Below the pieces are notes generated by a model, which made no database searches, was not told the DNA's origin, and saw only the letters and a list, made by a program, of their open reading frames with translations. A stretch of DNA of 41,862 nucleotides. Source: an uncultured Erysipelotrichaceae bacterium (GTDB lineage Bacteria; Bacillota_I; Bacilli_A; RF39; UBA660). The translations under genes and the position numbers were made by a program. Shown piece after piece: positions 16,767-26,548 of the stretch. The stretch covers positions 1 through 41,862 of the forward strand of contig CACZPQ010000031.1 of the NCBI GenBank assembly GCA_902783185.1, read 5' to 3'. Numbering within the stretch: position 1 is the stretch's first letter; each line of letters opens with the position of its first letter.

Positions 16767-17781
16767 TTTCATTTATTACTTTATCAAATAATGGTTTTAA
16801 TCCTTCTTTATTTTCATTTAAATGAACTTTAGATTGATATAAATCATATCCAGGTAATTCATTACCCTCAACTATTACAGGTCCATTTTCAGATATTGCT
16901 ATATCAAATCCTACATAACCTAGTTGAGGTATTACTTTACTTGCCTTAATGGCTAATTCAATAGCTTCCTTATGATATGGTATTTTAAAACCTTCAATTT
17001 TAGTTTTAGTTACCGGATGAATAGTGTGGACAATTCCTTCTCTATCAACAGCTGGTTTTGTTATTATTCCATTATCATCAAAAATTGTATACATACCACC
17101 AGAATGGAAATTATCAACAGCATTAATACCATTTCCAAATCTTATTACCTTTAACATAACATGTGTTTTATTATTCTTAGTAATTGTAACTATTCTTAAT
17201 GTATTAACAGACTTTTGTGCTAATTTAGACATATCTTTATGTTGTTTAATGCATTCCTCTACTAAGAATTGTTCTTTTTGAATTAATTCATCATATAGTT
17301 TATTTGCATTAGTGTTCTTATTAGTTTCAATTTTTTCAACACCAAAGCCACCAGTACCATCAATTGTCTTAACTATAATAGTTGGATGTTTAGAGATAAA
17401 TTCTTTAAAATCCTTCTTTGATGATTTACTAAGATCTATATAATCTCTTCCTAAATATTCTTTAAAAGTATCATTAAATAATACTTTATTTCTAAAATAT
17501 TTGTAATACTCTCTATCATTTAATGTTCTAATATATGTATTATTAACTCCTCTAGTAACATATGTTGATCTTTGTTTATTATTTAAATCTTCAAAGTAGA
17601 ATAGAAAATAATCAGTATATCCTGCTTGATATTTTATAGAACATATAATCATATCAAAAAATAGAATAAATCTTGATTTTTTACTTCTTTTATGAATTTT
17701 ATTTAATGTTTGCCACATTTGTTTATAATCCATACCAAATATTCTTTTTATATAATATATAATTTTTTTCATCAATATCAC
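16762..17781 (-). CDS. Sugar-transfer-associated ATP-grasp family protein
   Basis: 339 aa. Pattern IVKTIDGTGGFGVEKI, LVEECIKQH, SVNTLRIVT, DNFHSGGMY, IPYHKEA, LGYVGFDIAI..NGPVIVEGN matches my memory of the ATPgrasp_ST family. Confidence 0.75.
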   Translation of the reverse strand: MILMKKIIYYIKRIFGMDYKQMWQTLNKIHKRSKKSRFILFFDMIICSIKYQAGYTDYFLFYFEDLNNKQRSTYVTRGVNNTYIRTLNDREYYKYFRNKVLFNDTFKEYLGRDYIDLSKSSKKDFKEFISKHPTIIVKTIDGTGGFGVEKIETNKNTNANKLYDELIQKEQFLVEECIKQHKDMSKLAQKSVNTLRIVTITKNNKTHVMLKVIRFGNGINAVDNFHSGGMYTIFDDNGIITKPAVDREGIVHTIHPVTKTKIEGFKIPYHKEAIELAIKASKVIPQLGYVGFDIAISENGPVIVEGNELPGYDLYQSKVHLNENKEGLKPLFDKVINEK

Positions 17782-18923
17782 TTCTTATCTTTTAGTAATT
17801 CTTTATAAATCTTAATTGCTTTATCAGTAACACTCTTACCAGAATATCTATTTGCAATGCTTCTTAAATACTTAATATCGTATTTATCAATATTATTATA
17901 TACACTTAATATTGCATCAACCATTTCATCTATATTTCCAATTGAAATAAGTTTACCACTTTTATTATCAACAAATTCTTCTGGTCCTAAACATTTAGTT
18001 GCAACTACAGGAATACCACTTGCAAATGCTTCAATAGCAGGAATACCAAATGTTTCTATTTCAGATGACATAACATAAATATTATGTTTATTTAATAGTT
18101 TAGATATTTCTTCCTTTGTTTTTTTGCCAACAAAAGTTACATATTTATCCATATTTAATTCATGACATCTATTTTTAAAATAAGAAGCATCTAATCCATC
18201 ACCAACAACAGTAAGTGATGCATTTTTTATATTTTTCTTTTCTATAATTATTTTTAATGCTTCAATTATGTCATCTACTCTTTTAACTCTTCTTAAACCT
18301 ACAACAGTTATTAGTTTTAAACCATCCACTTTTTTTCTAGGCATTATAAAATTATCCGTATCAATTAAGTTTGGTAAAACATCGCATTGTTTATATTTTT
18401 TTAATATATTATCTGCCATATACTTACTTACAGTTGTATAGTAACTATGATTTAAAACATATTGACTATATTTTATATTTTCTTCATTAAAGAATCTTTC
18501 ATAGTATGTTGCATGTTCAGTAACAACAACTGGTATATTATACTTTTCACCTAGCTTACAAACTGCATAACCAGCAGGTATTGTAACTTGTGCATGTAAT
18601 ATATCTGGCATACCATTAGCCTTAATATAATCTTTAAATGCTTTTTCTAATGTTTTACAGTAGTTTTTTATTGATAAAGAATAACTGATTCTTCTTATAT
18701 CAAAGTTCTTTCTCATATATACATTATAATTACTTCCTTTAATAACTTCCTTTTTATTCATAAAAAGATATTTTATTGGATGAGACATCTTTTGTCTATC
18801 AACATATAACATATTTACTTTAACACCATTATTGGCAAGGGCATTACAGTATTCTTTATGATATATACCTATTAATTTATCAGCTCCATTAGGATACCAA
18901 GTAGGAATTACAAGTACATGCAT
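17778..18923 (-). CDS. Glycosyltransferase family 4
   Basis: 381 aa. GT-B C-terminal motif SSEIETFGIPAIEAFASGIPVVAT. 4-nt overlap with the downstream ATP-grasp gene. Confidence 0.88.
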   Translation of the reverse strand: MHVLVIPTWYPNGADKLIGIYHKEYCNALANNGVKVNMLYVDRQKMSHPIKYLFMNKKEVIKGSNYNVYMRKNFDIRRISYSLSIKNYCKTLEKAFKDYIKANGMPDILHAQVTIPAGYAVCKLGEKYNIPVVVTEHATYYERFFNEENIKYSQYVLNHSYYTTVSKYMADNILKKYKQCDVLPNLIDTDNFIMPRKKVDGLKLITVVGLRRVKRVDDIIEALKIIIEKKNIKNASLTVVGDGLDASYFKNRCHELNMDKYVTFVGKKTKEEISKLLNKHNIYVMSSEIETFGIPAIEAFASGIPVVATKCLGPEEFVDNKSGKLISIGNIDEMVDAILSVYNNIDKYDIKYLRSIANRYSGKSVTDKAIKIYKELLKDKK

Positions 18924-19009
18924 AATATACCTCCTAAATATATTTTTATTATAGCATATTTATTTATACATATAAAATTAAAATCATATTATTAAATGGA
19001 GGATAAATT

Positions 19010-19531
19010 ATGAAATTTATAATACTAAGTATAATTATTATTTCACTTGTTGGTACAATATCACACTTTTTATATGACATTACAAATCATAATATAATTG
19101 TTGGTTTATTTACATAAGTAAATGAAAGTACTTGGGAACATATTAAAATTGCTTTAACACCTACTTTATTATGGTCATTAATAGATGGATATAAATTTGG
19201 AGGAAATCCTAACTATTTCTTTGCAAAGTTTATTAGTTTAATTTGTATAATAATATTAATTCCACTTCTATTCTATGGTTATAAAATAATAACTAATAAA
19301 AATAGTTTTATAGTAGATATCTTAATCTTTTATATATCCATTATTGTTAGTCAATTATTATTTTATATAATATTAAATAATAAACCAGTTGGTTATATAA
19401 TAAATTATATATCAGTAATAGGTTTAATAATAATATTTGGTTCTTACTTATTATTAACATTACTTCCTATAAAAAATTTTATCTTTAAAGATCCTATATC
19501 TAATGAATATGGTTATAAAGGACATAAATAA
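19010..19531 (+). pseudogene. DUF6512-like small polytopic membrane protein interrupted by one in-frame TAA (19115-19117)
   Basis: GGAGGA SD precedes the ATG at 19010. 35 codons (MKFIILSIIIISLVGTISHFLYD...GLFT), then TAA, then 137 further open codons in the same frame (VNESTWEHIKIALTP...), ending at TAA 19529-19531. The HF.YD / VNES.WEH motifs are as I recall for DUF6512. Confidence 0.6.
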
Positions 19532-19551
19532 AAAATGGTATAAACCATTTT
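19532..19551. terminator. Bidirectional terminator hairpin
   Basis: AAAATGGT (19532-19539), loop ATAA, ACCATTTT (19544-19551). Confidence 0.55.
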
Positions 19552-21924
19552 CTATTCGTTTCCTTTTAAACTTGAAACCATATCTATATTTTTAATCTTT
19601 CTAGCTAAGTATCTAGATACAATATAAGATGCAACAAATGTTCCAACAGCTGCAATAACATATGTTAGTGGTTGAATACTTGCTCCAAAGTCATAATGTT
19701 CTTCAATAGCTGTTTTAAATAACCAATCAGTTAAGTAATAACCAGCTGGAAGACCAATTATTAATGAAGCAATTGCTATCCAATTATTTTGCTTAATAAA
19801 TATCTTTTTAATTTGCTTATCTTTAAATCCTAATACTTTTAATGTAGCAAATTGATATTGTTTTTCCGTATAAGATAGTATTCCTAAATTATAAATAATT
19901 ATTGCACCTAGAATTATAGCTACTGCTATAATTAAAATAATCATTTCTTTCATCATCGAAAGCATGTTAGTCATACCTTCTTCTAAGGCATTAATATCTT
20001 GAATAATATCTATTCCATCAACATCTTTTGTTTTTGATAAATCTTGATTTGAATATATAGAATCAGGTTTATATTCGATACCTAATGATTCTAAGTATTT
20101 TCTGGTCATTGTAACATTTTGATTTTGAGGATCTTTATTAAATCCTACTATTTCTGATGTGTAGTACTTATTTTCTCCATAAATATGCCACTCAATTTTA
20201 TCTCCAAGCTTATAACCCTTTGTTTGTGCAAGTTTATAAGTTACATATATACCTTTATCAGAATCTACTTTTATAAATTTACCTTTATTATCCACAAATC
20301 TTACATATTCATTAGCATCAGTCACAAATATATTATTTGATTCTTTAATGTCTTTATTCTTTATTTCTATTCCATAAGTCTTAGATGTATTATTACCATA
20401 GATATTTTCTAATTCTTTGATTCTTGTATCAGAAACATCTTCCTTTAAATTAATCTTATAATCAAAATTATATAATTCCTTAAATTGTAAATCTATAAAA
20501 TAATCCATAGAATTTAACATACCAAAAGCACAAACTATTAACATTGCACAAGAAGCAACACCAACAACACCTGTAATAGTTCTCATTTTATTTCTTAAGA
20601 TATCTCTAGCATTCCATTTACTAGAAAAATTCATTTTCTTAAATATACCTTTAGTAGTAATATTTAAAGAATTCTTTTTAACATTTGGAATTTTATTTCT
20701 TAAAGTTTCAGCAGGATTTTCTTTTAAAATGTTTCTACAAGTTAAATAAGATATCAATGCAACAATTAGTACAACGGCAAGTGCAACAATATAACTTGTG
20801 CTATTCATTGATGGGTGTCCATTTGGAATTTCAAAGAATGCCATTTCAAGAGAAATAAAGAAATTTCCTATTAAATAATAACCAGCTATTAGTCCTAATA
20901 TTGATGCAATTAAAGAAATATAAAATCCATAACCAATATAATGTAATAATACTCTTCTATCTTTAAATCCTAAAGCTTTTAATGTACCAATTTGAATTCT
21001 TTGGTTTTTAACAACCCTTGTCATTGTAGTTATTACAGATAACATTGCAATAACTAAGAATAATCCTGAAAATACTCCAACATATGTTTTTCCTTCATCA
21101 ATTTCTCCTTGATATGTTACATATGATGCTGAATCTTCAATCTTAATAATAGCTTTTGCTGATGTTATTTCATCATCTATTTTATTCTTTACCTTATCTA
21201 CATTGTCTTTATTATCAACATCAACCATCAATGTATTAAAATAAATATAATCTTTATAATTAAAATTTGGCATTGCATAATCAAATATTTTTTCATCTTT
21301 AATATTTGCTTCATTCATTACTTTAGATTTAATATATTTTTCAGTTATCTCATTAATTGATAAATATGCAAATCCAAATTCTTTTCTATCAGGATATAGT
21401 TCTGAGGAATCTCTTACATCATAAAGATGATCAGGAATATTAACTAATGCTAATACTCTTTCATGTAGCTCTAAAGTATCATATTTAACTAAGATAGTAT
21501 CTCCTACTTTAATATTATTTTCTTTAGCATAGAATTCGTCTAACCAAACTCCTGATTTATTAATATCAAAACCTTCACCATCAATTAAGTAAAATTTGGA
21601 AATATTATTAGATTCGATAAAATTTAATAATAATGTTTTATCATTATCGGTAGTAGCATTAACTGATAATTTTCTTTCTGCATCATTTACATGATCTATC
21701 TTTTTTATTTCTTTTAAATCATCATCATTAATTGCACCCATAACATTTAAATCTTGTAAATTATTTTCAGAGTAAAAGACATCTGAGGTATTTTTCATAC
21801 CATCCATATATGCTTCAATACCAGAATAAGCCATTACTCCGATAAATACCATTAAGAATATTGTAATAAATTGTGATAAATTTTTCTTTATATCACGAAT
21901 CATTTTTCTAATTAACATTACCAA
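19552..21924 (-). CDS. ABC transporter permease, MacB-like with two FtsX-type domains
   Basis: 790 aa. The FtsX signature appears twice (IGTLKALGFKDRRV and FATLKVLGFKDKQI). Each follows a large extracytoplasmic domain and precedes 3 TM helices. Confidence 0.9.
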   Translation of the reverse strand: MVMLIRKMIRDIKKNLSQFITIFLMVFIGVMAYSGIEAYMDGMKNTSDVFYSENNLQDLNVMGAINDDDLKEIKKIDHVNDAERKLSVNATTDNDKTLLLNFIESNNISKFYLIDGEGFDINKSGVWLDEFYAKENNIKVGDTILVKYDTLELHERVLALVNIPDHLYDVRDSSELYPDRKEFGFAYLSINEITEKYIKSKVMNEANIKDEKIFDYAMPNFNYKDYIYFNTLMVDVDNKDNVDKVKNKIDDEITSAKAIIKIEDSASYVTYQGEIDEGKTYVGVFSGLFLVIAMLSVITTMTRVVKNQRIQIGTLKALGFKDRRVLLHYIGYGFYISLIASILGLIAGYYLIGNFFISLEMAFFEIPNGHPSMNSTSYIVALAVVLIVALISYLTCRNILKENPAETLRNKIPNVKKNSLNITTKGIFKKMNFSSKWNARDILRNKMRTITGVVGVASCAMLIVCAFGMLNSMDYFIDLQFKELYNFDYKINLKEDVSDTRIKELENIYGNNTSKTYGIEIKNKDIKESNNIFVTDANEYVRFVDNKGKFIKVDSDKGIYVTYKLAQTKGYKLGDKIEWHIYGENKYYTSEIVGFNKDPQNQNVTMTRKYLESLGIEYKPDSIYSNQDLSKTKDVDGIDIIQDINALEEGMTNMLSMMKEMIILIIAVAIILGAIIIYNLGILSYTEKQYQFATLKVLGFKDKQIKKIFIKQNNWIAIASLIIGLPAGYYLTDWLFKTAIEEHYDFGASIQPLTYVIAAVGTFVASYIVSRYLARKIKNIDMVSSLKGNE

Positions 21925-22628
21925 ACAACCTCATCAATACTTTTTGGATGTTTATTTACATTTATACTATCTATTTGACCATTCTTAAGTCTTATTACAC
22001 GATCAGCTATTTCAGCTATTAAGGCGTTATGTGTAACAATAATTACAGTATTTTCCCCATTATTTGCATCACATTGTTTCTTTAATAGTTTTAATACTTC
22101 AACTCCTGTTTTTGAATCAAGTGCACCAGTTGGTTCATCACAAAGTAAAATTTTTGGATTTTTTGCAATAGCTCTTGCAATTGACACTCTTTGCTGTTCT
22201 CCACCAGATAATTGGTTTGGAAATTTATTCATATGTTCTTTTAAACCAACATCTTCTAATATTCTTTTTGAACTCTTTGGTCTTTTTACGATATCTTTAA
22301 CAATATCTACATTTTCTAAAACTGTTAATGTTGGTAATATATTATAAAATTGAAATATAAATCCAACATTTTCTGCACGATATTCTGCTAATTCATTTTT
22401 TGAATATTTTTCAATATTTTCAGAATCTACTGTAATAGTACCCGATGTTGCATTATCCATACCACCAAGTAAGTTTAATAGTGTAGATTTACCAGCTCCT
22501 GATGGTCCAAGTATAACTACAAATTCACCCTTTGGAATACTAAATGAAACACCATCCAAGGCATTAAATTCCTTATCTCCAACTACATATGTTTTTTTAA
22601 CATCTTTTAATTCAATAAAATTATCCAT
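21918..22628 (-). CDS. ABC transporter ATP-binding protein
   Basis: Start moved to the ATG at 22628 (MDNFIELKDV), preceded by AAGGAGGAG. Walker A GPSGAGKST, signature LSGGEQQR, Walker B ILLCDEPT. Overlaps the permease start. Confidence 0.92.
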   Translation of the reverse strand: MDNFIELKDVKKTYVVGDKEFNALDGVSFSIPKGEFVVILGPSGAGKSTLLNLLGGMDNATSGTITVDSENIEKYSKNELAEYRAENVGFIFQFYNILPTLTVLENVDIVKDIVKRPKSSKRILEDVGLKEHMNKFPNQLSGGEQQRVSIARAIAKNPKILLCDEPTGALDSKTGVEVLKLLKKQCDANNGENTVIIVTHNALIAEIADRVIRLKNGQIDSINVNKHPKSIDEVVW

Positions 22629-22704
22629 ATTACTCCTCCTTATAAATGTGAAATTTATTTCATATTCAATTATATGCCAAACTTTATTAATAGTCAACAA
22701 AATA

Positions 22705-22718
22705 TGAATAATTATTCA
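22705..22718. promoter_or_regulatory. Perfect 14-bp palindrome TGAATAATTATTCA in the ABC/TetR divergent region (candidate TetR operator)
   Basis: Read directly from the sequence. It lies just upstream of the extended -10 TGATATAAT (22733-22741) of the TetR gene. Confidence 0.35.
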
Positions 22719-22767
22719 CATTTTTTATTTTTATGATATAATTAAATTGATTAAGGAAGGGATATTT

Positions 22768-23376
22768 ATGGATATTATTAGAGAACCAGTACAAAAAAGA
22801 GCTATTGAAAAAAAAGAAAAAATAGTTAGAGTAGGTTTTGATTTAATTTGTAATAATGGATATCATAATATAAACACTGCTGAAATTGCTGCTAAAGCTG
22901 GTGTATCAACTGGAATAATATATCAATATTTTAAAGATAAATATGATATATTAATCGAAGGATTAAATACCTATGGTGATAATATATTCTTTCCTATACT
23001 AATTGATGAAAACATTAAATTTGAAAAACATGATTTTGAAAAAATAATAAAGGATATTATTAAAAATTATATAAATAATCATAAATTATCTAACATAGCG
23101 CATGAAGAAATTATATCTATGGTTCATTCAGATAAAATGGTTGCTAATTATTATTATAAAAGAGAATTAGATATGACAACTAAGATTAAAAATATATTAA
23201 TTAATAATGGTTTTAATAATAATAATATAAATGAAAAAGTACATATTATGTTAGGTTTAATGGATAATCTATGTCATGAAATTACATTTCATAAACATAA
23301 AAATATGAACTATGATGTCATGACTAAAATAGTAATCGATAATATAAAATATTTATTTAAAAATGACTTAAATTAA
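22768..23376 (+). CDS. TetR/AcrR family transcriptional regulator
   Basis: Start placed at the ATG at 22768 (MDIIREP) after SD AAGGAAGGG. HTH NINTAEIAAKAGVSTGIIYQYFKDKYDIL. Confidence 0.88.
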   Translation: MDIIREPVQKRAIEKKEKIVRVGFDLICNNGYHNINTAEIAAKAGVSTGIIYQYFKDKYDILIEGLNTYGDNIFFPILIDENIKFEKHDFEKIIKDIIKNYINNHKLSNIAHEEIISMVHSDKMVANYYYKRELDMTTKIKNILINNGFNNNNINEKVHIMLGLMDNLCHEITFHKHKNMNYDVMTKIVIDNIKYLFKNDLN

Positions 23377-23392
23377 TTAAGTCATTTTATTT
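23362..23392 (+). terminator. Intrinsic terminator of the TetR gene
   Basis: AATGACTTAA (23362-23371) / TTAAGTCATT (23377-23386), followed by a T-rich run. Confidence 0.6.
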
Positions 23393-23447
23393 TATGCACA
23401 ATAATCAACTACATCATCATACTTATAGTTAACATTTAAAAAACAGA

Positions 23448-24122
23448 TTATAAATCTGTTTTATTATTAACACATTTTAAATCATACACTTTATCTACTT
23501 TATCACATACATTTTGCGAATGGGTTACTATTATTACACATTTATTATCTTTATGAGCTAAATTATCAAATATTTTAAGTATTTCACTCTCAGTTTCATT
23601 ATCTAAATTACCAGTTGGTTCATCAGCAATAATTATCTTAGGGTTATAAGAAAGAGATCTTGCAATAGCAATTCTTTGTTGTTCTCCACCAGAAAGTTTT
23701 AATACCCTTCTTTTAGCAAGAGATTTATCTAATCCTACTTGTTCCATCAATTTTAATGCTTGTTCTTTTTTATTAACTCCTTTTAAATTACTTATATCCA
23801 TTGATAAAATAATGTTTTCTTCAGCTGTAAACTGTGGTAATAAATTATAACTTTGAAAAACAATACCAATATCACTATTTCTATATTTATCTAGATTCAT
23901 CTTAGATAAATCTTTATTATCATATAGTATTTGTCCACAATATTTCTTTTCTAATCCACTAATAAGGGATAACAATGTAGTTTTACCTGAACCACTTTTT
24001 CCTTTAATGGCATATGTTTTTCCCTGTTCAAAAGATATATTTATATTTTTAAGTACAAAATCATCTTTTGGTGCATCATTATATCTATAACTAACATTAT
24101 TTACTTTAAGTATTTCTTTCAT
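23448..24122 (-). CDS. ABC transporter ATP-binding protein
   Basis: 224 aa. Walker A GKSGSGKTT, signature LSGGEQQR, Walker B IIIADEPT. Confidence 0.92.
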   Translation of the reverse strand: MKEILKVNNVSYRYNDAPKDDFVLKNINISFEQGKTYAIKGKSGSGKTTLLSLISGLEKKYCGQILYDNKDLSKMNLDKYRNSDIGIVFQSYNLLPQFTAEENIILSMDISNLKGVNKKEQALKLMEQVGLDKSLAKRRVLKLSGGEQQRIAIARSLSYNPKIIIADEPTGNLDNETESEILKIFDNLAHKDNKCVIIVTHSQNVCDKVDKVYDLKCVNNKTDL

Positions 24123-25726
24123 TATCCTCTCTCCTTTAATATTTGTAATGGTTGAAATCTTGCAATTGCTATCATACTTGCTAATGATGATAATAAAGTT
24201 AATAAAATACCAATACCTAATAGTTCTGCTAATACTTTAAAATCTACCACAGCATCAATACTTTCTACTGCATTTACTTTTGCAATACCAAAATTCATTT
24301 CTTTAAAATCTTTTTTCTCGTTATTATCATTTGAAGAATCTTCTTGAGGTTTTTCTTGATTTATACCAAAGTTTTTACCAATATCATCATATTTGCTAGA
24401 TTCATTAGAAATTTCATTAGCAAGCAAGTTATTAGATACAGGTACACTTAAACATGAACCTATTCCTGCACCTATCATTAATGAAACAAATGATACAATT
24501 AATAGTTCTACCATAAATTGCATTGATAGTTTACTCTTTTTCATACCAACAGTTCTAAGTACACCAATTTCATATTTTCTTTCTCTAATATTAATCATAT
24601 TTATAACAATTAATACAACACCACCAATAATTAATGTTATGATTAAGAAAGTAGTTGCAAATATTTTAACATTATCTACTGATTCAGTAGCACTTTCTAT
24701 TTCAGATAAATTACTTGTTACAGTATAATATTCAGATAATCCTTTTTCACTTACTTCTTGACTAAATTTTTCAACTGAAGAAGAATCTTTAATAATGAAT
24801 GTTGGTGTTATAGTTGCTTTTAAATCATCATTACCTGATAATATTTTTTCAACAAAACTAATATTTGTTATTATTTCATTAGCACTATTAGTAAACATAG
24901 ATGCCATATTACTTGAACTATCTGTATTTTCTTTATAAATACCAGTAATTTTTGCTTCATAAGTATTCTTACTATTCTTAGGATCAACAAAAGTAATTGT
25001 ATCTCCAACACTTAGATTATTAAGTGATGCTAATTCTTCACTTATAACAACTGAATCACTCGTAAAATCACTAGATACTTCACCATCAATAATAGTATAA
25101 TCACCATTTATAAACTTTGTCATATTCTCATATGATTTATATCCAATTAATTTAAATGCTCCATCTTGTGCCTTTTCATTAAATATTTTTTCAGTTTTAG
25201 TAGTGGTAGTTCTTCTTTTTGTAGTGGTAGTTTCTGTACTTCCACCTTGAAAATCTCCAGGGCCTTGATGATCAGGAGCAAAAGAACTTGTTTTTGTTTT
25301 AGTATCAGTTTTTGTTTTTACTTCAGTTGTTTCTTTTACTAAGCTATCTGTTGCTTCACTAATATCTTTAGCATCAACTGATAAATCATAAGTGTAATAA
25401 TAACTTGAAACATACTCACTATTTCCATAATTATCTATTTCTTCAGCAGTAATAATTTCAATATTATTAAAACTCTCAATCATATCTTCTTGTGAAGAAT
25501 TATCTTTTTTTAATAATTCCATTAAGTTATTCCTGTTCATACCTATTGTTGCTTCAATTTTGTTCTTTTCTTGATATGCACTAACAATATTATTAGCACT
25601 TTCTCTAATAGCTAATGTAATACTAGATGCAGCAGCAATTACTATAACTATTATTCCAATTAAAATATTCCTTCCTTTATTTCTTGTAATGTTTTTCCAA
25701 GCATTTTTAAAAATATACATTTTCAT
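24122..25726 (-). CDS. ABC transporter permease, single FtsX domain with a large Thr/Lys-rich ectodomain
   Basis: 534 aa. N-terminal TM helix, low-complexity stretch TKTDTKTKTSS...TETTTTKRRTTTTKTEK, FtsX motif IGVLRTVGMKKSKL, C-terminal TM helices. Confidence 0.85.
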   Translation of the reverse strand: MKMYIFKNAWKNITRNKGRNILIGIIVIVIAAASSITLAIRESANNIVSAYQEKNKIEATIGMNRNNLMELLKKDNSSQEDMIESFNNIEIITAEEIDNYGNSEYVSSYYYTYDLSVDAKDISEATDSLVKETTEVKTKTDTKTKTSSFAPDHQGPGDFQGGSTETTTTKRRTTTTKTEKIFNEKAQDGAFKLIGYKSYENMTKFINGDYTIIDGEVSSDFTSDSVVISEELASLNNLSVGDTITFVDPKNSKNTYEAKITGIYKENTDSSSNMASMFTNSANEIITNISFVEKILSGNDDLKATITPTFIIKDSSSVEKFSQEVSEKGLSEYYTVTSNLSEIESATESVDNVKIFATTFLIITLIIGGVVLIVINMINIRERKYEIGVLRTVGMKKSKLSMQFMVELLIVSFVSLMIGAGIGSCLSVPVSNNLLANEISNESSKYDDIGKNFGINQEKPQEDSSNDNNEKKDFKEMNFGIAKVNAVESIDAVVDFKVLAELLGIGILLTLLSSLASMIAIARFQPLQILKERG

Positions 25727-25796
25727 CCCTCCGATATAAATTCTATTTTAAAAATAAGAAAATAAAATGGAAGAAAAATGAAAATTTTGTGAATAA

Positions 25797-25822
25797 AAAA
25801 TAAGTAGTAATCTACTTATTTT
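25797..25822 (-). terminator. Hairpin between the TetR gene and the downstream ABC permease gene
   Basis: AAAATAAGTAG (25797-25807) / CTACTTATTTT (25812-25822). Overlaps the TetR stop codon. Confidence 0.5.
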
Positions 25823-26388
25823 ATCTTTAACATATCCTTTATTATTTCATGAACATATTTTTTATAATCTTTAATATTGATATCTATCTTTTTCATTAAA
25901 ACCGAGTATATAGTTGAAGAAACAAATTCAATTATCATAAATAAGGTTAATTCAGGATTTTTTAAATTATTTTCCTTAGCACCTTTTATAAATAAATCAT
26001 AGATTTTTGTTTCTTTTCCTTCAAGAATATTAATCAACTTTTCATGATACAAACCTAATGATAAATCTTTAGAAATAAAATTTAAAATACTAGGTTCTTT
26101 TTCAAGATAATCAATGACATAATCAAATATAAATATAACTTGATCATCAAATTTATTAATATTTTGCTTTTCTAATTCAACAATTGCTTCATTAAATATT
26201 TCTAAACTCTTATTAATAATTAATTCTTCCTGTAATTTATATTTATCTTCGAAATATAAATAAAAAGTTCCTTTTGCAACACGAGCTGCATCAACAATAT
26301 CTTGAATAGTAGTTTTATTAAAACCTTTTGTTGTAAACAATTTGTAAGCACTTGATAATAATCTTATTTTTTTTGAAGTTTCTTCCAT
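25816..26388 (-). CDS. TetR/AcrR family transcriptional regulator
   Basis: 190 aa. HTH NKTTIQDIVDAARVAKGTFYLYFEDKYKL. Confidence 0.88.
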   Translation of the reverse strand: MEETSKKIRLLSSAYKLFTTKGFNKTTIQDIVDAARVAKGTFYLYFEDKYKLQEELIINKSLEIFNEAIVELEKQNINKFDDQVIFIFDYVIDYLEKEPSILNFISKDLSLGLYHEKLINILEGKETKIYDLFIKGAKENNLKNPELTLFMIIEFVSSTIYSVLMKKIDINIKDYKKYVHEIIKDMLKIK

Positions 26389-26422
26389 ATCAATCCCTCT
26401 TCATAGAAAAAATAACACGAAT

Positions 26423-26437
26423 TTGACTTATAGTCAA
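26423..26437. promoter_or_regulatory. Operator-like palindrome 1: TTGACT-TAT-AGTCAA
   Basis: Perfect 6+6 inverted repeat 35 nt upstream of the TetR start codon. Confidence 0.5.
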
Positions 26438-26487
26438 TCAATTTTAGAAACTATTTTATGATAAATGCATATAATTTTAAATAGATA

Positions 26488-26516
26488 TTGACTATTAGTC
26501 AGTTTTATGATAATAT
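26488..26516 (+). promoter_or_regulatory. MMPL promoter with overlapping operator 2 (TTGACT-ATT-AGTCAG)
   Basis: -35 TTGACT (26488-26493), a 17-nt spacer, -10 TAATAT (26511-16) preceded by TGA. The palindrome spans 26488-26502. Confidence 0.5.
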
Positions 26517-26520
26517 ACTA

Positions 26521-26535
26521 CTGACTTTTAGTCAG
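26521..26535. promoter_or_regulatory. Operator-like palindrome 3: CTGACT-TTT-AGTCAG
   Basis: Perfect 6+6 inverted repeat between the -10 and the SD of the MMPL gene. Confidence 0.5.
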
Positions 26536-26548
26536 AAAGGATGATTAT

